DNA from: an uncultured virus (IMG/VR IMGVR_UViG_3300024999_000095)
Lineage: Duplodnaviria; Heunggongvirae; Uroviricota; Caudoviricetes
Direction: 5' to 3' (one strand)
Length of the DNA stretch: 64,000 nt
IMG/VR virus record: IMGVR_UViG_3300024999_000095
Under the pieces are notes generated by a model. It did not search any database. It worked only from the letters and a program-made list of their open reading frames with translations, and was not told where the DNA came from. Position 1 is the first letter of the stretch; each line of letters starts with the position of its first letter. Shown here piece after piece: positions 50,368 to 60,733 of this stretch. A program made the translations under genes and the position numbers.

Positions 50368-50373
50368 TTTTAC

Positions 50374-50418
50374 TGGAGCCAATAAGGGGACTCGAACCCC
50401 TGACCTACTGGTTACGAA
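50374..50418 (-). other. attP core: 3' half of a host tRNA-Thr(CGU)
   Basis: TTCGTAA-CCAGT-AGGTC-AGGGG-TTCGAGT-CCCCT-TATTGGC-T-CCA with no 5' half; next to int; TGCAAC-type arm repeats on both sides. Confidence 0.85.
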
Positions 50419-50540
50419 AGAGTTGTCCTTATTTCGGCTACTTATAATATCAAGCGGTTACGTGTTCAGGCAAATCACTTATATTGTTAGGAATCTGCCA
50501 CTTTCTTGACTAATCTGCAACTATTTACAACCAAATTGAC

Positions 50541-51119
50541 TCAGATTGACTTGTTAGGAACCAATGCGGCAATTTTCTTTTTTACCCAATCCTCACCCTT
50601 CTGTGAGACGAGATAATTGTATGCTGTAGAGTCTTCGTTGCACTCGTTCCACCCTACTTCTACCTCACTCTCAAATCTGATCATCACCGCAGTTATTTTG
50701 TCGTTAAACAGGCCAAGGTTTACGCCTTTGTTGTCCACTTTTATTTGTGCACACCACTTGCCGCTTCGCTTGTCATAGTGAACACCCCTAATCCCAGACG
50801 TATTCTTGACAGACACTAATGAATTGCGGAGATTGCATTGCTGAGACACTTCTCTCAGGTTCTCTATCCTGTTATCGTCTCTTATGTGGTTGATATGGTC
50901 AATCCCCTTTTCGGGGAGATACCCATGATGCCAAAGCCAAACTACACGGTGAACCCTGTATTCTTTCTTGTCAATCTTAACCAGCACATACCCTTCGTTA
51001 TGCCGTCTTGTTATGACCTCCCCTTCCCTCGCAGTGGGACTGGCACTCACCCTCCGCACCAGCACACCATCTTCCCGATAATCGAACAACTCCCGGACTC
51101 TTTCCTGCGTCAGTTTCAT
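50541..51119 (-). CDS. HNH homing endonuclease with AP2-like domain
   Basis: VHRVVW...IDHINHIRDDNRIENLR...NTSGIRGV...LGLF. Confidence 0.85.
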   Translation of the reverse strand: MKLTQERVRELFDYREDGVLVRRVSASPTAREGEVITRRHNEGYVLVKIDKKEYRVHRVVWLWHHGYLPEKGIDHINHIRDDNRIENLREVSQQCNLRNSLVSVKNTSGIRGVHYDKRSGKWCAQIKVDNKGVNLGLFNDKITAVMIRFESEVEVGWNECNEDSTAYNYLVSQKGEDWVKKKIAALVPNKSI

Positions 51120-51216
51120 TTCACCTCACTCGTTGAATTAATCTTGCAGCGCAACCGAGTACATTTTCGCACCCCATCCGCACATATCCGCACACAGTTG
51201 AGCACGGTGGCGCACG

Positions 51217-52534
51217 TTAGGACTCCTCGTCATCAAGGTCTTCCCAACAATCCTCAATCATCGCACAGACCATAGCCCTTGCCCCTGGTGTCAATGCTTC
51301 AATACAGGACTCGGAGATATCACCGCCGCTGTCATTAACGTGTTCTTCAAGCATCCACTTAGTTTCGCCGTAATAAAATCCGTCCTTGAAGAACTCGCGC
51401 CGGATGCTCAGGCAATCCAGGCAAGTTTTGTGCTTGGATATTTCGCCATCATAGACAGTAACCTCAAGATTGTATTTCTCACCCACATCAATCACTCGCT
51501 TGCACTCGTTGCATTTATGCTGCTTCCTGGCTACTGGTTGTTCTTCCCGCAGCATCGTGCAATAATCTTCGACATCACAATAAACTGTTGCACATTCCAT
51601 CACCCCACCTCCTTATCAGGGATTACCACATACTCTGGCACCCTGCTCATCTCCATACTGAGAACCTTGTCAAAAAGTGTCTCGTATTGGAGCATGATGT
51701 GATATGCCAGCATCGTCATCCTGTCTTCACCGGACAACCCGTCTCGATCTGCAATCTGGTAGACATAGCGTACCGTTGTTGCGGTTGCGCTAAGGGTTCG
51801 GGAGTACCCACCTTCCTTTTCCTCAAGCCTGGCACCTAAATACGCCACATCGTGAATCCGCCGCCTCATCTCGTTAATGTCCATCACACCCCCTACAGTC
51901 CGTTTTCATCCAGCACATGAGAAAGCAGGATAGCCAGCATCTCAGCAGTCTGCTCCCTGATGAACGATTCCTCGGCCCGCCTTGCCCATTCCAGATTAGT
52001 CATGGGGTTAGCCTCCACCTCGTTTTTGCACCTGTCAATGTATCTGCCGATGCAGTCCATTATCCCTTCGCGTACTGTACTCATCACCGCTCCCCCGTAT
52101 ATTTGACATTCCGCTCAGGGAACTTCTCCCGGCAAGCGAGCCGAACAAACGATGCCGCGCGCTCGTTTTTCGCGTTCGGAATATTCTGCAATATGCAGTC
52201 CTCGTATGTCCTCGGCTCGTTGAACTGTGACACTAGGTACGCCCCTGAGATGAGGGTTACTACGACTATACCCATAAGCAGCATCTTATTGTCCATCACA
52301 CCTCCTTGCCGCTAAGTATTCAGCGGCCTCCAAACAACTCCGGGAAAGATAGCGTAAGTCTGATTCAGACAAGTACACCTTGCCGCACTCCCCATCGCCA
52401 TCAGCATCAAGCATATATCCTTTGAAATGCTTGCCATCCACAGTCGGACTAAAGTTGCCAAGGAATTTCATATCCTCCCTTGCTTGCTTGCTCAGTTCCA
52501 TCACCCCTCCTTTTGTTCTACATTCTAGAATCAA
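51217..52534 (-). CDS. Operon of five small hypothetical genes (first with a Zn-finger: ARKQHKCNEC...TCLDC)
   Basis: Coupled stop/starts with GGAG SDs. Confidence 0.55.
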
Positions 52535-52564
52535 AGAAACTCTGCCTTGTAGATCAAATATTAC

Positions 52565-52593
52565 TTGCCTATCACAAAAAAATCAAGTATATT
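52565..52593 (+). promoter_or_regulatory. Sigma70-type promoter
   Basis: TTGCCT-17 nt-TATATT. Confidence 0.6.
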
Positions 52594-52621
52594 TTACGTA
52601 TGATAATAAAAAAGGAGGCGC

Positions 52622-52789
52622 ATGAAGAAACCAGCAATTACAGAGACTATCTGCCTTGAGTGTGTTTGTCAACGCTGCGGTCATCGGTGGGTAGCGCGGG
52701 GCAAGGTTGCTCCTAAGCTCTGCCCCAATCAGAAATGTCACAGTCCTAATTGGACTACGGCTAAGAAGGTTAAGAAGGAGGGGATATGA
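52622..52789 (+). CDS. Small Zn-ribbon protein (55 aa)
   Basis: SD AAGGAGG; CQRCGHRW.AR....PKLCP..KCHSPNW. Below the track cut-off. Confidence 0.65.
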   Translation: MKKPAITETICLECVCQRCGHRWVARGKVAPKLCPNQKCHSPNWTTAKKVKKEGI

Positions 52790-55235
52790 AACCATCACCA
52801 GAAAACGGAGGAGGTTGGGTTAAGCCGACCTTCAGCGAGATATCAGAGAGGTGCCCGTGGCGGGACGTTGGTCAATGCATAGTATTATGGACAGCGGAGA
52901 GATATAGGAAGCTGGGCGGGGCCAACTGTTCGCCAGAGCATTGCGCTGTGTTCTACTGGATCAAGGAGATGCGATGAAGATCCAAGCGCACCGCATCCGC
53001 ATCACCACTCCGCAGCCGATAAGGTGGTATGCCGACAAAGTAGGGCGGCAGTTTTGGGCTGAATACGTAGGCTCTGATTTTTGCTGGAAGGTAATTCAGG
53101 AAGGGAATACAGACACGCCACGGTACGTTCATGCGTTTGAGTGTGTGGTCGTGCGTGAGGCTGAGGTTGAGGTTGACCTGATACAGACAGTACGGGAGAT
53201 TAAGAAATGCAAGTGCGACTTCCGCACCCGCTTAGTCGGTGACGGATGCTCTGTTTGCAACCCTGAGTATGCAGCGCAATTCAAAGAGGATGAATGATGG
53301 ACCAGGCTACAATAGGCCTAGACCTTGTTGTTGGGGGGATATTATCAAGGATTGCTGGTTGCGAAGAGTACCGCGACATCTGCGAGGACATCCACGCGCA
53401 GCTATCCGAGCGGGGGGAGGTGGACCCATACACTCGTGATCGGCTGAAAATTTTGATTGATGGGGAGGAATGATGAAGATACAAGTAATTATTGAGGTGC
53501 CGGATGGAACTGAATGCACTGGCTGTGTCCATCTATATGAAAATGTCTTCAGTGGATACAACTGCGCTTTGTTTGTCGGGGAAACTGGCGATTCGGTATT
53601 CATCGAGGGGTTCAGCAAATGCCCCCAGTGCCGCGCCGCAGAGGTGAAGCCAAGCATAATCACGACAGTAGGAGTTTCCTCAACCGGGCATAATCTTTTG
53701 CTGCTTGCTGACGGCAATGGGGTGGATGTAATGAAAAAATACAAGGTGACACTAGAACCATTCGCAGAGGTGAAGGATGATGACGCTGGAATGTTGGAGT
53801 ACGACACTGATACAGGGATATATCGAGTGAGGGGAAATGGCAATAGCCTGGATAACCTGCGGGTCGTGCGGAAGGAGGGGGAGTGAGATGAGGGAAGAGG
53901 ACGAAAGCAACATCGCATGGGGAATGGCGGACACTGAAGACCATTTCAAGAAGGCAAATGAATGGGCATACCGTATCATGGCCAAGCATGAAGGCTTGAA
54001 GTGTGGCGAAACCTGCACTCGTTGCGGAGGATGGGGTTGTATGTGTGTACCGGTGCTGCTGGTGGAGCTTGATGATGCTGAGGCAAAGTACCAAGAACTG
54101 ATCATGGCGGTTGCAAAGAAATACCCCGGCGAGTCGAGGCATGAAACGGCACTGAGGTATATCATGCAGGCTGAGGCTGTAGATTGCGGCCCTGCTCAAT
54201 GTGTTAAGGAGGATGAGTGATGGACCTACACAAAAAGATAATGAATATTGGATATGACAAAGAGACGATGGATAAATTTGATGATCTAGATGATCTCTTG
54301 AATTACAAGATGGGGCACCGTGACGCACGACACGCCGCCGCTGAACTGGCTATCGCGCACGATGCCAAGTACGCTGAGTTGATGGAATCGCACCGGGAGT
54401 TACTGGCTGCGGTAAACCATTGTCGGGAGGCCCTAAGAGACAACCTATCAAAGTATGCCTACAAGAACGAACTGATCATGCTTGATGCTCTCACGGTAGC
54501 CGACAATGCAATTGCCAAGGCTGAAGCACTGGGAGGGGAATAGATGAATAGCATAATGATGGGAGTTGGTTCAGTGCTGATTTTCGCTAATGCCCCATCC
54601 GCGCTATCTGGCGATGTATGGTCCTTGGGAGCAATCGTTGTGCTGTCTATCGCCGTTGGGGCTACGCTGTGTAACATAGTGAGTGGAAATTAAACTTAAC
54701 CGGAGGACACCATGAAGAATTTACTGAACGCAATAATGTGTTTCGTATTCGGGCATCTGCTTCGCCATAGGGCAACGCACAACTCGACCGCGAATATCAA
54801 CGTATGTTTGCGCTGCGGGAAGGTGGTGCATGTGGATCGGCCTGGGGTGCGGTTTAGTATTGCGCGATGATGGGGTTTGTGTGGGCATGTGTCGTGTTTT
54901 CTGTGTGGATACTGATTGGCGCTGGACTATGGGCATACTGGGACGACGACCAACAAACTCTACTGAAGCAGGCTAAGAAGGACCATGAATACCTGCCGCA
55001 ATTGCTTATGCTGACATGGCCTGTTTTCCTTTGGAAGTGGTTAAGGCGAGACAAATATAAAGTGGTTCGATGATGGGTGGGGGTAATGAAGATAGTCCAT
55101 ATAGACCAGTGCGGAGATTGCCCACATCGGTATTACGAGGGCAATGAGATATGGTGCGGGAAAGAGAACCTAGAGGTTGATGCGTGGTTCATTCCGAAGT
55201 GGTGCCCATTGCCTAATGCTGAGGGGGATGAGTAA
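52786..55235 (+). CDS. Plus-strand operon of ~10 small hypothetical genes, many Cys-rich
   Basis: Successive GGAG SDs and overlapping ATGA junctions. Confidence 0.55.
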
Positions 55236-55787
55236 GTTTGAGGGGATGATCGGATTAAAACCGATTTTTGGTGCAGGGATGGGGTATCTATTCGTTAGGC
55301 AAAGCTACCCCTACCCCGATTTTCTTGATGGTTCCTAGGAGAGAGATGTTACACTCCTGTAGTACCAAAAAGAGCCGCAAGAGGTGTAAGCGGCAACCAT
55401 TGCTGGTGACTGACTTCGTTTATCGCGCCGGAGTATTTTTCGTGGACTATCCCTTGTCCCATATCCACCGATGATATCAATCGAACTGATATCTGCCGTG
55501 GTCGCGTTCCCATCAAGTGCCAAAAAGCTTCTTTCGGCGGCGCGTGTATCGTGTGGGACCGGGGCAAGTCCCGAAGTCAATTCTTTTTGCCAATTGCACA
55601 GGTTACTTTTTTGGCTGGCAGGCCGGGGCATGTTAAGAACGCTGAATAAGAAAAGCCCCTGTCAGCGACACGTTCCAATTAATCCTGCCGGGAAAAGTAA
55701 ACTCTTGGAAAATGCCGCCAACAAGGGCGTATGGGATTCGCAGTCATTCTATCTCCCGGCAGGAAGAAAGTCAAGTATCATTTGACC
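55235..55787 (-). ncRNA. Candidate large structured non-coding RNA (~550 nt)
   Basis: No convincing ORF; downstream of a consensus promoter; nested long-range helices and many local hairpins. Confidence 0.55.
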
Positions 55788-55792
55788 CTTAT

Positions 55793-55821
55793 ATTATAAC
55801 ACGAATAGAGAAACCTAGCAA
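55793..55821 (-). promoter_or_regulatory. Sigma70-type promoter for the candidate ncRNA
   Basis: TTGCTA-17 nt-TATAAT with extended TG. Confidence 0.75.
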
Positions 55822-55848
55822 GTAAATTCAGCAGAAAGGTGAAAATAA

Positions 55849-56118
55849 ATGGAAGAAGATTTACAGTACGCAATAGTGTATATCAACAGGGCAATCCGCA
55901 ACCTTGCGAAGGTGCCAGAGAAGCAGGCAATTCATGAAGTGCTTGAGATGTGCGGGGCAATTGACGAACGGTACAAGGAGTTTTGCAGTGAGTTTGACGA
56001 ACAGGATGGATTACCAGAGGGGACCACATACGGCAAGGAGGATGGGATCTCGATAGAGTTTTACCTTGAGGCAGACGACTGGCACAAGGTAAGTCTTGCC
56101 TTGCGGAAGTTGGGTTAA
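55849..56118 (+). CDS. Small acidic hypothetical protein (89 aa), convergent on the lysozyme gene
   Basis: SD AAGGTG. Confidence 0.55.
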   Translation: MEEDLQYAIVYINRAIRNLAKVPEKQAIHEVLEMCGAIDERYKEFCSEFDEQDGLPEGTTYGKEDGISIEFYLEADDWHKVSLALRKLG

Positions 56119-56513
56119 CCATTACGCATAATTTCAGATAACTCTTTAGCCCTCCTGCCCACTTGCCGCGCCCACAATGATTTCAACATCTGATCAGCAG
56201 CGGCAGAGTAGTCCCCCTTGTCGATGTAACCGAGTGTCTTATTGAATTTCTCCAGTCCGTCTATGCCGAGGTTGAAGGCCATGTTGATAAGCACCCCCTG
56301 CCGTTCCCCAGAAAGCCCTGAGAAGAACGGCAGGCGTTTGCATAGGGTGGCTCGTATTTTCTCTACGCGATGCACCAGCAGCCACTCAGCCTCTTCCTCG
56401 GTGATTCCAGCGTCGAGATTGATTCCGTAGCCTATGGTGAGGTGGCCGGTCGTGTCCATATAGGGCCTAGACCGGAACCCTTCATGACGCTTTAGGCCTT
56501 CTATCACGCTCAT
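56115..56513 (-). CDS. Endolysin, T4-lysozyme-like (GH24)
   Basis: HEGFRSRPYMDTTGHLTIGYG (E-x8-D-x5-T), INMAFNLG, SLWARQVGRRA. Confidence 0.9.
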   Translation of the reverse strand: MSVIEGLKRHEGFRSRPYMDTTGHLTIGYGINLDAGITEEEAEWLLVHRVEKIRATLCKRLPFFSGLSGERQGVLINMAFNLGIDGLEKFNKTLGYIDKGDYSAAADQMLKSLWARQVGRRAKELSEIMRNG

Positions 56514-56788
56514 TAGGGTATTTTTATACCAAAGAAAGTAAGCATCAGGAATGCCACAAAACCAATCCCCAGAACAGCGATGACGCTCTTTAAGGTTGAC
56601 CACTTAATTTCCTGCAACTTTTTCAAGGTAGCAATCAACTCGACAAGGAATTGATGCTGCGCCTCGTGCTGAATCCAATACTCAGTGTCGTGGCAGAGTT
56701 TACATACCGCAGCGTCATGCCTGATATATGACGCAATCGCCTGCTGTGCCGCCTGATTAGCAACCTCTCGGATCTCTTCTGGGGTCAT
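56513..56788 (-). CDS. Single-TM lysis-cassette protein (holin/antiholin-like)
   Basis: C-terminal hydrophobic segment; TAATG coupling to the endolysin. Confidence 0.5.
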   Translation of the reverse strand: MTPEEIREVANQAAQQAIASYIRHDAAVCKLCHDTEYWIQHEAQHQFLVELIATLKKLQEIKWSTLKSVIAVLGIGFVAFLMLTFFGIKIP

Positions 56789-56798
56789 CGCGTGTTCC

Positions 56799-57038
56799 TT
56801 ATTTCGTCGGCGTTTTCGTGAATATGCCGTACTTGTTAGCCAGCTCGACCAGCGTAGCAATGACTTTCTCTATCGTCGGCCATGCCTCTTTCGCCCCGTC
56901 ATACGTCGATTCGATTATCTGGCGCACCACGGCGAGTTTATCCTTGCCAGCGCCTTCGACCGGCAGGAACTCTTCAAGTGAACGGATTGCGGCGATGATG
57001 GACGGGACTAACTGCATAACAAGAAGTAAGTATTTCAT
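56799..57038 (-). CDS. Lysis-cassette hypothetical (holin-like) protein
   Basis: ...EE...GAGKDKL pattern; position in the lysis cassette. Confidence 0.45.
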   Translation of the reverse strand: MKYLLLVMQLVPSIIAAIRSLEEFLPVEGAGKDKLAVVRQIIESTYDGAKEAWPTIEKVIATLVELANKYGIFTKTPTK

Positions 57039-57319
57039 TTCGTAGCTCCAATTTTCTTAGTTGACACGGTTGTAATAACCTCATTTACCACACCCAGGAC
57101 GGTAGCGACCGCCCCGGATATGACGACTATTTGCTCATCGGAGAGCGGCAATTCTACGCCTGCCATCTTCAGGCCGAAGATAATCAGGGCGAGGATGTAG
57201 AATACCCGCGACCCTGTGACCTGTGCTTCCTTCCACGACTTCGGGTCTTTAACTTCCTTCCCGGCCTGCATGGCATCCTTCAACTTGCCAGCCCCTTCTA
57301 TCATCTCAGTAATTTTCAC
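57035..57319 (-). CDS. Putative holin (2 TM)
   Basis: Two hydrophobic helices and a basic C-terminus; GTG start with AGGAGG. Confidence 0.55.
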   Translation of the reverse strand: MKITEMIEGAGKLKDAMQAGKEVKDPKSWKEAQVTGSRVFYILALIIFGLKMAGVELPLSDEQIVVISGAVATVLGVVNEVITTVSTKKIGATK

Positions 57320-57574
57320 CTTGCCTCCTTGCCTCAAACAATTCGTGTATCAGTTCAAAATCTATGTAGTCATCATCGTCGCATGAATTATCGAACGTCT
57401 CCCTTGCGTCTTCTGGGTCAAAGCAAACGCGAGTGTCATACATTCTGGCAAGTTCAGCGGATAACTCTCTCTCAAGAACGCGCCTTTTGATACGTCTCAT
57501 CATGCGCTTCTCGGTAGGCTTCCACTGCCCTCTACACACAAGCCAACTTGCTCTTTCTCCATGTGCCATGTCAT

Positions 57575-57685
57575 TCACCTACACTCAATATCATCGCCGG
57601 TAATCGCTCTCAGATAGTCCTCGCATGTCGCTGTCCTGGTGCATGATGCTAGGAGTAGCAGGATTGCGATGGCTAGGTACTTCAC
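57575..57685 (-). CDS. Very small lipoprotein (36 aa)
   Basis: MKYLAIAILLLLASC lipobox; SD GAGG. Confidence 0.5.
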   Translation of the reverse strand: MKYLAIAILLLLASCTRTATCEDYLRAITGDDIECR

Positions 57686-58532
57686 TTGGCCTCGCTTGGT
57701 TTATCAGGTCGCATCGGGCAATACCCGCAGTCCGGGTCATCACACTTCACCTCAAGCCACTCGTCGCACTTCACGCAGAACCACGCATCAACTTGGTCTG
57801 AATATGCGGCAGGTTCGCCACACGTAGGGCAATCGCACACTCGTTTCATTTCAGCATCTCAAACGGTATCGACTTCTCATCACACTTGAACGTCGAATGC
57901 CGCATTCTGAAGTGTTCACAGGACGGCTTGATCCACCCCCCATCGTTTAGGTAGCACTCCATCCCACGGGCAGGGCACTCACTGTCCCTGACATGCTGGA
58001 TTCCGTCTATTCGCTCTACTTCAAGGTTTTCGTAGTCGATGTCGCGCATCGTCTCGCCTCATCCTTTCTCCGTCTCCACCGTTGGAGCAGCCTGAATAAC
58101 TTCCCCACGTTGATCTTCACCACCACTGGCTTGTCTTTCGGGGGAGGTCCGGTTTCGTCGTTCATCTCATCAGCAAATCACTTTCCAAGGGTCGGGGATA
58201 ACGTCACCAGCACCGCCACTCCAATACGGCTTAAATGGGGCTGGTTCATAATATGGGGGAGGTTTGTAGGGTGGCGGAAAGCGGTCTATGTCGTACAACT
58301 TTTTCGCAAGTTCTTTATCGTCAGCGGCCTTAACCGGAGCAGATACCAGCCCGTCAATCACCTTCCGCAATTCTCTCAGTTCGTCCATCGTCAGGTGATG
58401 AACAGTCTCGCCTATCGTCAACTCTATCTTCACTGATATCATATGTTTCCTCATCTTCATGGTGCCAGTTGCATACCGGGCAGAACGACCCACCGCTGCA
58501 TAGGTGCTTGCAGTTGCGGCATGTCCTGACCA

Positions 58533-59195
58533 TTAGTCTTCCGTGATGATCAGACCATCATCCACCGGGAGCAGAGGCTCATCGACCAAAGGAGCGTCAG
58601 TGAATCCGCCCGAGGTGGTAGCCGTACCTTCCTCGCCAGTGTTCGTCGCGGTTGAGTGCGTTTCACTGGTAGTTTTGGTATTGGTAGTATTGGCATCACC
58701 GCCTTCGGTGTTGTTGGTTGTTTTGTTGCCAGCACTGGACCCAACAGCCTCAATTGCCTTCACCGCACCGGCTGCAATAACTCCGGTGGTCACTACGTCA
58801 GCACCTCGATTGATCCCAGTCCTGACCGTAGCATTTTTCTCTTTTACCTCTGTGCTCATGAATGCCCAAAGGTTGTCAGGGTTATGGCAAGGGTTTGAAT
58901 CCTTACCAGTAACTGACGCTACGAGCCGCACCGTCTGCGCTTGAAGTTTAACCACCATGCAGTCTCGACTATCCATCCCGGCGCAATCCACTTTCATTGA
59001 TTCCTTGTAAGCTGCCATGCACTTCTCTTCGGCTGCGGCTTGCTGTTTGGCAATGCTGGCGAGGGAAGATTCTGAGGTCGTAACAGTGCCATCCTTATGC
59101 GATGTAGTGGTTGTCTGCCCTAGACCTTGGGCTGTTTTCGACCCACAACCTGAGAGTGTAAGAATTGCGAATAGTGCGACAGCGAGTGTTTTCAT
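58533..59195 (-). CDS. Lipoprotein (220 aa)
   Basis: MKTLAVALFAILTLSGC lipobox. Confidence 0.7.
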   Translation of the reverse strand: MKTLAVALFAILTLSGCGSKTAQGLGQTTTTSHKDGTVTTSESSLASIAKQQAAAEEKCMAAYKESMKVDCAGMDSRDCMVVKLQAQTVRLVASVTGKDSNPCHNPDNLWAFMSTEVKEKNATVRTGINRGADVVTTGVIAAGAVKAIEAVGSSAGNKTTNNTEGGDANTTNTKTTSETHSTATNTGEEGTATTSGGFTDAPLVDEPLLPVDDGLIITED

Positions 59196-59198
59196 AAT

Positions 59199-59639
59199 TT
59201 ACCTCGGACAGATGGTTACAAGTTGACTTTTATCCCCATACGGGGCCTGAATGAATACGATATTCGGAGTCTGCGAACCTGGGCGGATGACGAATCCCCT
59301 ACCCTTTCCACTTTGGAAACGGTTCGCCTTCGCCATGACGACACGACTGACTGAGAACCCCGACGAGAACCGGACGGATGCGTACCTGAAATACTTCCAC
59401 AGCGGCTTGTTGATCTTCCACGCCTGCCGACCATTGCGGAATCCGGATGATTTGTACGTCTGGCACTTCGCTGCGGCGGCGGTCATGTCAGGCTCATCCA
59501 TCGACTTGTCAATGTCGTCCCGTTCAAATGGGTCGAATGTCGCAGTGGTATCGCCGGGGCCAGTGGGGGCATTGTCATTGTCCTTGTGGCATCCGCACAA
59601 AGTAAGTGTTAGGCATAATAGAAAAAATATAGTCTTCAT
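59199..59639 (-). CDS. Lipoprotein (146 aa)
   Basis: MKTIFFLLCLTLTLCGC lipobox. Confidence 0.65.
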   Translation of the reverse strand: MKTIFFLLCLTLTLCGCHKDNDNAPTGPGDTTATFDPFERDDIDKSMDEPDMTAAAAKCQTYKSSGFRNGRQAWKINKPLWKYFRYASVRFSSGFSVSRVVMAKANRFQSGKGRGFVIRPGSQTPNIVFIQAPYGDKSQLVTICPR

Positions 59640-59992
59640 TTCGCCTCCTGTACTTGCACCTCAACCACCACCGTAACCCGCAGGTTCCCTGGTGTTCCAT
59701 CAGGGGCGGGGTCATAGTGATAGCAGGCGGAATGCGGGGTTTCGTTTCCGCCAACGTCGATTGCGGTCAGCGTGTAACACGCATCGGCATCTGAGATATC
59801 AATATCACCTGAGTATTTTCTTGCGGCTGGGTCGGAGAATGTGGTCAGTTTCACCCCATCCTTGTACAGCACAAACCCTGCGAGGTCGGTAACGGTTGAA
59901 TCGTACCCCCACTCCACCGTTACTGACCTGTTCGCCGCTTGGGAATAGGACGATACCATCACCAATATGACTGCTAGAATTATCGTTTTCAT
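59636..59992 (-). CDS. Secreted fibronectin-III-like protein
   Basis: Signal peptide MKTIILAVILVMVSSYSQA; V.VEW...LAGF.LY...Y.LTA.D..GNET..S. Confidence 0.7.
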   Translation of the reverse strand: MKTIILAVILVMVSSYSQAANRSVTVEWGYDSTVTDLAGFVLYKDGVKLTTFSDPAARKYSGDIDISDADACYTLTAIDVGGNETPHSACYHYDPAPDGTPGNLRVTVVVEVQVQEAK

Positions 59993-60405
59993 CGACACTC
60001 CTGTTGTGAGTTCCACACGGCCAATCCACCACCTATTACGGCAAGCGGAGCATACAGCCAATTCCGGTATTTCGGGTTGTATTCAGCCAGCCACACGACC
60101 ATTCCAACCGCTGCGAGTTTGGCTATGATAATCGTGCCGTTGCTCGGTTCGGGACCGAATACTGGGTTGCCTTCCATACAGCCGTCACCAAGTTTATCTA
60201 TCGTCGTTGCAGCGTCTGCGGTCTGGCCGAGTATCGCTGTGGTTAGCCAGAACTTATTCCAGCCGGTGAACGTGCTGTGATTCTGAGACGGCGCAGGTGA
60301 TTCAACCTTGAACATCTCTTCAATGGGCAATTGCTCAACAGGCTCAAGGTAAGTTTTACCGCAACCGGCTAAGAGGATTGCCAATACTACCACCAGCCAT
60401 TTCAT
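59989..60405 (-). CDS. Membrane lipoprotein
   Basis: MKWLVVVLAILLAGC lipobox; D..TT......EGNP motif and TM helices. Confidence 0.6.
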   Translation of the reverse strand: MKWLVVVLAILLAGCGKTYLEPVEQLPIEEMFKVESPAPSQNHSTFTGWNKFWLTTAILGQTADAATTIDKLGDGCMEGNPVFGPEPSNGTIIIAKLAAVGMVVWLAEYNPKYRNWLYAPLAVIGGGLAVWNSQQECR

Positions 60406-60484
60406 CACATCGGCCCAGCAATCAGCCACAGCACCGCCGCCAGTTCGACAGCGAGGATGACGAGCAGGGCGTTGATGATGTGGG

Positions 60485-60733
60485 TCATGCCCCCACCACC
60501 CGATCATCCCGCGCAATCGTGGCAGCATCCGACTCAACCGAGCGGACAATCGTCCCCCGAGGCCCAGTCCGCACCTGTGTCGTCGGTACGAGGGTGGCGA
60601 GGTCTACCTCTGCGCCGTTGGTGAATGTGGGGATGGCCTGGAACTTCGGGCCGAGGGGAGCTGTGATTGTGGTGCCGGTTATGGGGGCGTCTATGCCTAG
60701 TGGTCCTTTATACTGGATTGGTGTGCGTATCAT
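60485..60733 (-). CDS. Short fibre-like ORF, possibly a truncated remnant
   Basis: Thr/Gly/Pro-rich 82 aa, coupled to the upstream fibre gene. Confidence 0.4.
   Translation of the reverse strand: MIRTPIQYKGPLGIDAPITGTTITAPLGPKFQAIPTFTNGAEVDLATLVPTTQVRTGPRGTIVRSVESDAATIARDDRVVGA

Noticed and set aside
50374..50418. Sixth functional tRNA gene
   Set aside because: Only the 3' half is present and upstream bases cannot form the anticodon, D or acceptor stems; it fits an attP core.
16561..59615. GTTAGGC matches to integron attC core sites
   Set aside because: No paired RYYYAAC inverse cores forming attC hairpins were found, and the integrase looks like a phage type rather than IntI.
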